A DNA stretch of 10,269 bases. It comes from Nitrospinota bacterium (GTDB taxonomy: Bacteria; UBA8248). Positions 1 to 6,489 of the stretch are shown here, in pieces; positions within the stretch are counted from its first letter, which is position 1, and every line of letters starts with the position of its first letter. The notes below the pieces were generated by a model that saw only the letters and a list, made by a program, of their open reading frames with translations, searched no databases and had not been told where the DNA came from. The stretch is from positions 1 to 10,269 of the forward strand of contig JAYGFR010000062.1 of assembly GCA_046581755.1 (NCBI GenBank), given 5' to 3'. The translations under genes were made by a program, and so were the position numbers.

Positions 1-14
1 AAGCGGCAAAAGAA

Positions 15-722
15 TCAGCGCTTTTGGGATTTCCGGCCTTTCGGGGTCTTTTTGCGGGCCGATTTTTTAGAGGTATTTTTCTTGACGATCTTCTTCTTGG
101 CCGCCTTCTTGGCGATCTTCTTTTTGGCCGCCTTCTTGGCGATCTTCTTCTTGGCCGCCTTTTTCGCTGGTGTTTTCTTTTTCCCATTGCCCAAATTCCC
201 TTTTGGGCCTGTTTCACCTTCCTTGTCTTCGGATTTGGTCTGGGGTTTTTTCCGGCCCGTCACGATGCGGAAGGCGTAGCCGATCACCATTTGCCCGTCA
301 TCGTTCGACCCCATCTCCTGAAGAACCAGTCCGACCGGAGTCCCGGGCACCAGCAAATACTCATACCCTTCCCACCCAATCAGGGGCGAGTTGATCTTGA
401 TGCCCTCCTCCAGAAGGATCACCGAGGAGACGCGCTCATCTTGTCCATCCAGCATCGAACGCATCACCGTCGCCGAAAGGATTTTCCCCTTTCCGCTCAG
501 GAGGGTCGTACTCGTGCTTCGGGGGCAAAACGGATTATCGCAGGTGGCCTTCTGGCCTGTTTTTGGGAAAAAATATTCTTCGCATTCCCCGCAAACAGAC
601 CCGATAAGAGCAGGTTTGTCGCGCCGGTTCGTCGGAATAGTAAAGACATCTCGCATGAACGGGACAACGTCTTTATGAGACCCGGGAACATATATCGGAA
701 GATGCCGCGAAATATTGTCCAT
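15..722 (-). CDS. DUF35/ChsH2-like Zn-ribbon + OB-fold protein with C-terminal histone H1-like Lys/Ala-rich tail (235 aa)
   Basis: LIGSVCGECEEYFFP...CDNPFC (CxxC-x13-Cx4C) followed by LSGKGKILSATV...VILLEEG...GTPV...GYAFR matches the DUF35 pattern. The last ~80 aa are K/A-rich with (KKAAKKKIA)-type repeats. Start moved from the ORF-track TTG at 845 to ATG 722 because 845 lies inside a strong promoter. Confidence 0.8.
   Translation of the reverse strand: MDNISRHLPIYVPGSHKDVVPFMRDVFTIPTNRRDKPALIGSVCGECEEYFFPKTGQKATCDNPFCPRSTSTTLLSGKGKILSATVMRSMLDGQDERVSSVILLEEGIKINSPLIGWEGYEYLLVPGTPVGLVLQEMGSNDDGQMVIGYAFRIVTGRKKPQTKSEDKEGETGPKGNLGNGKKKTPAKKAAKKKIAKKAAKKKIAKKAAKKKIVKKNTSKKSARKKTPKGRKSQKR
87..167. 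repeat. 3 x 27-bp tandem repeat encoding AKKAAKKKI
   Basis: Units 87-113 gatcttcttcttggccgccttcttggc, 114-140 (1 mismatch) and 141-167 (3 mismatches at the end). Confidence 0.95.
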
Positions 723-835
723 GGCCCATCCCGGTTGGCTAGTTTTGTTCAGCGGAGGTGGAATCTGGCAATAATAATAAAAATAATTAAAATACTCCCA
801 GAGATTCGACGCCAGCCGTGTAGAATCTCGGCGGG

Positions 836-864
836 AAGGTAACAAGGGGGAGCGAGGGTGTCAA
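836..864 (-). promoter_or_regulatory. sigma70-type promoter for the DUF35-like gene
   Basis: Minus strand reads TTGACA (864-859), 17-nt spacer, TACCTT (841-836), with an extended -10 TG and AT-rich sequence upstream of the -35. Confidence 0.75.
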
Positions 865-961
865 ATATTAAATTCCATCGGATATTTACGATAAGCGATC
901 CGGTAAACGAGGGATAATAAAAGCTGGCTGGACGGGAACGGGCGGAAAAGCCCCTTCGAAA

Positions 962-1138
962 TCAAGCGGGACGGTGCATTTTTGGCTTGAGCAAATCCAG
1001 GCGCCGACGGTTGGCCTCGCACCGGAAGGACATGGCTTCGAGTTTGGCCACCATGTCCTTCGAAGTCTTCAAGGTGGTGTCCCTTTCCTCGCGCAGAAGA
1101 CGGTTCACTTCCTGAAGCAGTTCAAGAAGCTCTTTCAT
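962..1138 (-). CDS. small predicted coiled-coil protein, 58 aa (MKELLELLQEVNRLLREERDTTLKTSKDMVAKLEAMSFRCEANRRRLDLLKPKMHRPA)
   Basis: Translated by hand; absent from the ORF track. GAGGAGG SD precedes ATG 1138, the ORF overlaps the upstream gene's 3' end by 17 nt, and it has heptad-like Leu spacing and TGA stop at 964-962. Confidence 0.75.
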   Translation of the reverse strand: MKELLELLQEVNRLLREERDTTLKTSKDMVAKLEAMSFRCEANRRRLDLLKPKMHRPA

Positions 1139-1784
1139 CGGCCCCTCCTCTCAGCGGTTCGTATAAATGCTCCCGAATTATACCAATAAATAGGTCCAGA
1201 GGGTTGGAATCTCTCGCCTCGATATTCACCTGGAGCTCATGGCCGTCCGGGCTGGCCACCGTATGGTAGCCGTGGCGTTCCGGCAAAAAAGACGCCGCAT
1301 ACTGGGAAAACTGGCCAGGAGAAAATTCCGGGAACGCCTGGCCGATCGATTCAAGCTGAATCGACACCTGAACACCACTTTCGTCCAGAGACAAAGTCAT
1401 GCCGGGAATTTCGCTCCCCTCCCCGTCCCGCAGGAGCATGACCACAAATTTGGTGTCCAGGACCCGCTCCTGCATCAGCGGCGCGAACTGGAGCATCTCC
1501 TTACGAAGCTCCACGAAAAGCCGGTCCGCCGGACCTTGGCCGGAGGCTATTTCTCCACCGCCGGCGAATTCGGTCTCGCGCAACTCCTCGCGCTCTTCGC
1601 GCGCCATGAGAACCTCCAAAATCCGGTTCAGCGTATCAGAGATCCGATCCAGCTTCTCGCCGTTTTGACTCAGGCGCCGGCGCATCCCGTAGAGCCCGAA
1701 CGGCAAGACCGCCCATATCACCAAGAGAAATATCGCGCTCGAAACAAGAATCAAAAAAAACGGATGAGACAGTAATTCCGCCAT
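1122..1784 (-). CDS. hypothetical single-pass membrane protein (N-terminal TM helix, coiled-coil segment, acidic soluble domain; 220 aa)
   Basis: ATG 1784 is preceded by AAGGAA. Hydrophobic stretch FFLILVSSAIFLLVIWAVLPFGLYG is followed by RRR and LDRISDTLNRILEVL. The longer ORF-track start (1997) would overlap selA and both promoters. Confidence 0.75.
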   Translation of the reverse strand: MAELLSHPFFLILVSSAIFLLVIWAVLPFGLYGMRRRLSQNGEKLDRISDTLNRILEVLMAREEREELRETEFAGGGEIASGQGPADRLFVELRKEMLQFAPLMQERVLDTKFVVMLLRDGEGSEIPGMTLSLDESGVQVSIQLESIGQAFPEFSPGQFSQYAASFLPERHGYHTVASPDGHELQVNIEARDSNPLDLFIGIIREHLYEPLRGGADERAS

Positions 1785-1829
1785 CGGGTATTCCTTTTTG
1801 AGGCCATCCCTTAAAGTTGTCTGGGCATG

Positions 1830-1859
1830 ACTATACCAATCCTCTCCCCTCCAATTGAA
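1830..1859 (-). promoter_or_regulatory. sigma70-type promoter (extended -10) for the membrane-protein gene
   Basis: Minus strand TTCAAT (1859-1854), 18-nt spacer ending in TGG, TATAGT (1835-1830). Confidence 0.55.
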
Positions 1860-1901
1860 GGCCCGCCGCACAAAATCGTCCCCAGACCCCTTTCGCCCGG
1901 G

Positions 1902-1931
1902 TTGACCGGCCAAATCGGGCGCGCGTATAGT
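1902..1931 (+). promoter_or_regulatory. sigma70-type promoter for selA
   Basis: TTGACC (1902-1907), 18-nt spacer, TATAGT (1926-1931); AGGAG SD at about 1949-1953. Confidence 0.65.
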
Positions 1932-1963
1932 CAGAATCAACTCATTACAGGAGCCTCGGGGCC

Positions 1964-3427
1964 ATGGCCACCCCCAGCAAACCCATTGAAAATACATCTC
2001 TTTTGCGGTACCTGCCTTCCGTGGATGAACTCATGGAAGACCTCCGCTCCGAGTCCGGCGAGGGTTCTTCGGGCGCCGTCCTGTCCGGTGCGGCGCGCGA
2101 GGCCATTGACATCCAAAGGCGGCGGATTCTGGCCGGAGAGAGGTTCGAAAACGGGTTCGAGGGCCAACCCTCCCCGGACGCCGCCCAAATCCGGGCCGCC
2201 CTCCATCGTGAAATTCTCCGCGAGGCCCGCGATCTCCTCATGGCAGGCCAAACGCTCGACCTCCGCCACGTCATCAACGCAACCGGCATCGTTCTCCACA
2301 CCAACCTCGGCCGCGCACCGCTCAGCGAGGCCGCCTGCCAGGCCCTGATCGAGGTGTCCCGAGGTTACTCGAATCTCGAATACGATCTCGAAACCGGCCG
2401 GCGCGGCAAGCGCGGCGCCGCCATCGAATCTCTCCTCCAAAAACTCACCGGCGCCGAATCCGCCGTCACCGTGAACAACAACGCCGCCGCCGTCATGTTC
2501 GCCATCCGGACGATGGCCGAGGGAAAAGAAGCCATCGTCTCCCGGGGAGAGCTGGTGGAAATCGGAGGCTCCTTCCGCATCCCCGACATCATGGCGCAAA
2601 GTGGCGCCACCATGGTCGAGGTCGGATCGACGAACAAAACCCGCCTCAGCGACTATGAGCAGGCCATCGGCCCGGATACGGGTCTCCTCCTCAAGGTCCA
2701 CACCAGCAACTACCGCATCATCGGCTTCACCGAAGAGGTTCCCCTGAAAGAGCTCACCGCCCTGGCCCATGCTCGGGGCCTCCCGGTCCTCGAAGATCTG
2801 GGGAGCGGCTGCCTCGTCAATCCGCCCAGCCTCCCGAGAGAACCGACCGTATCCGCCTCGGTCGAAGCGGGAGTGGACGTCATCACCTTCTCGGGCGACA
2901 AGCTTCTCGGCGGCCCCCAGGCGGGGATCATCGTCGGAAAATCCGAATGGCTGGACAAGCTCAAATGTCACCCCATGATGCGAGCGCTCCGTCTCGACAA
3001 GCTGACCCTGGCGGCGCTTGAGTCCACTCTCCGCGCCTATCTCGACCCCGAGCGGGCGATGCGCGAGGTGCCGGCACTGCGAATGCTCGCCGAGGGGGCC
3101 GAATCCGCGCGGGGCCGCGCCGAGGCCCTTTTGGCGGCTCTCGGGGAGAATGCGGCGCGCGCCCTCCGGGCCGAGCTTGCCGAAACGGAAGGCCGGGTCG
3201 GGGGCGGAGCCATGCCGCTCGCCGAGCTGAAAAGCTGGGCGGTGGCCCTCAAGCCGGAGGGAATTTCGGCGGACAGGATGGACGCCCTCCTCCGCGCCTC
3301 CGATCCACCCGCCGTCACCCGGATACACGAAGACCGCTTGCTGCTCGACATGCGATGCGTGTCGGAGGCCGAGATCGAGCCGCTGGCGGACATACTGAAA
3401 AGGCTGGCCGAGGAGGCGGAGATTTGA
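1964..3427 (+). CDS. selA: L-seryl-tRNA(Sec) selenium transferase (selenocysteine synthase)
   Basis: Hallmark motifs LPSVD, VINATGIVLHTNLGRAPL, YSNLEYDLETGRRGKR, VNNNAAAV, SRGELVEIGGSFRIPDIM, KVHTSNY, DLGSG, FSGDKLLGGPQAG (PLP Lys) and RALRLDK; selB is nearby. Confidence 0.98.
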   Translation: MATPSKPIENTSLLRYLPSVDELMEDLRSESGEGSSGAVLSGAAREAIDIQRRRILAGERFENGFEGQPSPDAAQIRAALHREILREARDLLMAGQTLDLRHVINATGIVLHTNLGRAPLSEAACQALIEVSRGYSNLEYDLETGRRGKRGAAIESLLQKLTGAESAVTVNNNAAAVMFAIRTMAEGKEAIVSRGELVEIGGSFRIPDIMAQSGATMVEVGSTNKTRLSDYEQAIGPDTGLLLKVHTSNYRIIGFTEEVPLKELTALAHARGLPVLEDLGSGCLVNPPSLPREPTVSASVEAGVDVITFSGDKLLGGPQAGIIVGKSEWLDKLKCHPMMRALRLDKLTLAALESTLRAYLDPERAMREVPALRMLAEGAESARGRAEALLAALGENAARALRAELAETEGRVGGGAMPLAELKSWAVALKPEGISADRMDALLRASDPPAVTRIHEDRLLLDMRCVSEAEIEPLADILKRLAEEAEI

Positions 3428-3486
3428 TCGGCGTTCCCGATATCGCCTCCTTCAAAGAATTGGCGCACACTGATCCTCAAACCAAA

Positions 3487-3524
3487 TTGCTCAAGTGACG
3501 GTCCATGATACTGTTTGATATCAT
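3487..3524 (+). promoter_or_regulatory. possible internal promoter overlapped by an inverted repeat
   Basis: TTGCTC (3487-3492), 16-nt spacer ending TGA, TACTGT (3509-3514); ATGATA-N8-TATCAT at 3505-3524; sits in a 183-nt AT-richer gap. Confidence 0.35.
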
Positions 3525-3610
3525 TCCGTTGGCGCAAGCGCCGCGATTCAGCAAGCCATTTAAAAATAGTTGATTAATCGAATCCCTTCATTTTTCATCA
3601 GGGAGCGCGC

Positions 3611-4417
3611 ATGTCCACAGTCAACTCCGGCGGCGTCGAGATTGATTACGAAATCCTGAACCCGGACTCGCCCCGGACCCCGGTTTTTTTCATCAGCGGG
3701 CTGAACGGCGCGCGGGGATCGTGGCCCCTTCAGGCGGAGCCTTTCTCCAAGGAAAGGCCCGTCGTCCTCCACGATCACCGGGGAACGGGCAAGAGCGCCA
3801 AGCCGTCCGGCGTCTACACCATCGAGAAAATGGCGGGCGACGTCATCGCCATCATGGACGATGCCGGCATCGATACGGCCCACATGGTCGGAAGCTCCAC
3901 CGGCGGGGCCATCATCCAGGTCCTGGCAATCGATTATCCGGACCGGGTCCGGAGCGCCACCATTTGCAGCTCCTGGCCCAGGTCGGATCATTTTTTCCGC
4001 CGCCAGTTCTCCATGCGCAAAAAAGTTTTGCTCAATATGGGCTGGGAGGATTACACGAAAATATCCGCCCTCGCGCTGATTTCGCCCGAATATTTCAACG
4101 AGCATTTCGAGGAGATCAGGGAGAAGGAAAATTTCAACATCGAAAACGCTCCACCGGCATTTGTCATGGCCGAGCGGATCGACTGCATCATGGCGCACGA
4201 CCAGTTGGAGCGGTTGGGCAAGATCACGGCGCCAACGCTGGTTGCGGTGGCACGGGACGATGCCTGCACCCCGCCCTATTATTCGGATCAACTCGTGGAA
4301 AAAATTCCGGGTGCCAAGCTGAAGGTGTTCGAATCGGGCGGGCATTTCGTATACATGGCGTATCCGGACGAATTCAACGCCGTGATCCGGAATTTCATCG
4401 AAGAGAACGATTCCTGA
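3611..4417 (+). CDS. alpha/beta-fold hydrolase, RutD/enol-lactonase-like
   Basis: FISGLNG oxyanion region, HDHRGTGKS, nucleophile elbow G-S-S-T-G, acid in ARDDACTP and His in SGGHF. Cap region WPRSDHFFRRQFSMRKKVL resembles RutD as remembered. SD GGGAG. Confidence 0.9.
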   Translation: MSTVNSGGVEIDYEILNPDSPRTPVFFISGLNGARGSWPLQAEPFSKERPVVLHDHRGTGKSAKPSGVYTIEKMAGDVIAIMDDAGIDTAHMVGSSTGGAIIQVLAIDYPDRVRSATICSSWPRSDHFFRRQFSMRKKVLLNMGWEDYTKISALALISPEYFNEHFEEIREKENFNIENAPPAFVMAERIDCIMAHDQLERLGKITAPTLVAVARDDACTPPYYSDQLVEKIPGAKLKVFESGGHFVYMAYPDEFNAVIRNFIEENDS

Positions 4418-4501
4418 CGGGCGCGCCCCGGCCCCGCCGCATGGCGGCCTCTGGACCGCGCGGGCTTTCATCACAGGCAATTCTCCACCGGGTAGAGGCC
4501 T

Positions 4502-6418
4502 TTGAAACACATCATCATCGGTACGGCGGGTCATATCGATCACGGGAAGACATCCCTGGTGCTCGCCCTGACCGGCACCGACACCGACCGGCTCAAGGAA
4601 GAAAAAGAACGGGGCATCACCATCGAGCTTGGCTTCGCGCAGCTCGACCTGGGCGAACTCCAGGCCGGGATCGTGGACGTGCCGGGCCATGAGCGGTTCG
4701 TGAAGAACATGCTCGCCGGGGCGGGGGGAATCGATCTCGCTATCCTTGTCATCGCCGCGGATGAGGGCATCATGCCTCAGACACGCGAGCACCTGTCCAT
4801 ATGCCGTCTCCTGGGCGTCCGGGGGGGGCTCGTCGCACTGACCAAAACCGACCTGGTCGAAAGCGACTGGGTCGAGCTGGTCACGGATGACCTGGCGGAT
4901 TTCGTCGAAGGGACCTTCCTCGAAGGGCAGCCGGTGGTGCCCGTATCCTCCGAGACCGGAGAAGGGCTGGATGAACTGCGCACCGAAATCACCCGCCTGG
5001 CGGAGGAGGTTTCAGCCAAAAGCGAAAGTGGAATATTCCGCCTCCCCATCGACCGGGTGTTCACGATGCGGGGATTCGGCGCGGTGGTGACCGGGACGCT
5101 ATTCAGCGGAAGCGTCCGGGTGGGAGATCGGGTTCAGCTGTTTCCCAAAAGCTCTGAGGCGCGCGTCCGCGGGATCCAGGTCCACGGCGAGGCGGTCGAA
5201 GAGGCCACCGCCGGCATGCGCACGGCGGTGAACCTTCAGGGGGTGGAGCGCATGGATATCGAGCGGGGCCATGTCCTCGGGCGGCCCTCGGAACTGAAAT
5301 CCACCTATATGCTCGACGTTCATCTCGAACATATTCCGGATTCCCCCCGGCCCCTGAAAACGCGCGATCGCGTCCGCTTTCACACGGGAGCCTCGGAAGT
5401 CATGGGGCGTGTCTCGCTGATCGGAACCGATGAAATCGAACCGGGCGAGATCGTCTTCGCGCAGATTCGCCTCGAAGCCCCCGTGGCGGTGCTGCCCAGG
5501 GACCGCTTCGTCATTCGCAGCTATTCGCCCATCGTCACCATCGGCGGCGGGGAGATCCTCGACGTGGCCCCGCGGAAACGCCGGCGGCTGCGGGCTTCGT
5601 CGATGGAGCAAATCGAAAACCTCCGGGCGGCAAACGAAACCGGGCGCCTCCGGATTCTCCTCGATGAGGGCAGGCTGGCCGGCGCGGACATCGCCGCTCT
5701 CACCGGCCGGCTGACGCTCACCCCGGATGAGATTCGGGCCGAGATCGAGGCCCTGGCCGAAAAAGACGATATCCGGATCGTGGAGGCCGACTCGGGACTT
5801 TCCCTGACGCGGGAGCATTTCACGGCCCTGCAAGGGGCTATCACGGATTTTCTCGAGGAATATCACAAGGCGAACCCCCTGCGCCCGGGAGCGCCCCGCG
5901 AGGAGGTGCGCGGGAAGGGCGGCGGGGCCGGGGAGCGGGCGTTCAACGCGGCGCTTTCGGACCTTACGGCGGCGGGCAAGGCCACCGAAGAGGGCGCCCT
6001 CGTGCGGCTGGCCTCCCACAAGGTGCGGATTGCTGAGGACCTGGCCAAAGTGAAAACCAAGCTCGACAGCTTTTTCCGCTCGGCGCGCTTTCAGCCCCCC
6101 GCCCTCAAGGAGGTGTTCGGGGCGGCGGGAACGCCCGACGGGCCGGGACAGGAGGCCCTTCAGGTCCTGGTGGACGAGGGTTCACTCATCCGCCTCAAGG
6201 AGGACCTCATCTACCATCGCGAGGCGGTTGACGAGGCGCGCGCGCGGCTGGAGGACTATCTCGGGGGCCAGGAAGACATTTCGGCCTCGGAGTTCCGCGA
6301 TTTGCTCGGCATCACCCGGAAACACGCAATTCCGCTCCTGGAATACTTCGATACGGCGCGGGTCACCTTCAGGGTAGGGGACAAGCGCGTTCTCCGCTCG
6401 CGCCCTGGGGCGAAGTAA
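4502..6418 (+). CDS. selB: selenocysteine-specific translation elongation factor SelB
   Basis: [37 protein letters not shown] (G4 variant), RLPIDRVF and C-terminal winged-helix [20 protein letters not shown]...RVGDKR; 638 aa; TTG start. Confidence 0.98.
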   Translation: MKHIIIGTAGHIDHGKTSLVLALTGTDTDRLKEEKERGITIELGFAQLDLGELQAGIVDVPGHERFVKNMLAGAGGIDLAILVIAADEGIMPQTREHLSICRLLGVRGGLVALTKTDLVESDWVELVTDDLADFVEGTFLEGQPVVPVSSETGEGLDELRTEITRLAEEVSAKSESGIFRLPIDRVFTMRGFGAVVTGTLFSGSVRVGDRVQLFPKSSEARVRGIQVHGEAVEEATAGMRTAVNLQGVERMDIERGHVLGRPSELKSTYMLDVHLEHIPDSPRPLKTRDRVRFHTGASEVMGRVSLIGTDEIEPGEIVFAQIRLEAPVAVLPRDRFVIRSYSPIVTIGGGEILDVAPRKRRRLRASSMEQIENLRAANETGRLRILLDEGRLAGADIAALTGRLTLTPDEIRAEIEALAEKDDIRIVEADSGLSLTREHFTALQGAITDFLEEYHKANPLRPGAPREEVRGKGGGAGERAFNAALSDLTAAGKATEEGALVRLASHKVRIAEDLAKVKTKLDSFFRSARFQPPALKEVFGAAGTPDGPGQEALQVLVDEGSLIRLKEDLIYHREAVDEARARLEDYLGGQEDISASEFRDLLGITRKHAIPLLEYFDTARVTFRVGDKRVLRSRPGAK

Positions 6419-6489
6419 ATAAAATTCCTTGCCGGAATTCACCGGCCCCGGTTTCGGGACTCATCGACTCTTATTCGAGGAGGCATTTC

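Noticed and set aside
87..167. CRISPR-like array in the 27-bp repeats (also 9639-9776)
   Set aside because: No regular spacers, in-frame coding repeats, and no cas genes.
24..842. + strand ORFs 24-842 and 52-279 with hydrophobic repeats (FLAAFLAIFF)
   Set aside because: Mirror image of the Lys/Ala repeats on the minus strand; promoter and domain evidence favour the minus gene. The same applies to 9547-9876.
974..1189. 71-aa + strand ORF
   Set aside because: Antisense to the better-supported 962-1138 ORF and lacks a clear SD.
3425..3508. Sec read-through of the selA TGA
   Set aside because: SelA is already complete, the nearby hairpin is too close to the UGA, and the extension looks non-coding.
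3530..3544. sigma54 promoter TGGCGC-AAGCG-CCGC
   Set aside because: GG-N10-GC spacing fits, but the conserved TT before GC is missing; likely chance in GC-rich DNA.
3570..3582. FNR-like box TTGATTAATCGA
   Set aside because: Spacer is 2 nt rather than 4 and the second half-site is imperfect.
3428..3610. tRNA-Sec (selC) suggested by CTTCAAA near 3450
   Set aside because: No anticodon stem, acceptor stem or TTCG T-loop around it; no selC seen anywhere in the window by eye.
6419..6489. Overlapping short hairpins between selB and the lyase
   Set aside because: Stems are only 4-6 bp with no U-tract; not distinguishable from chance.
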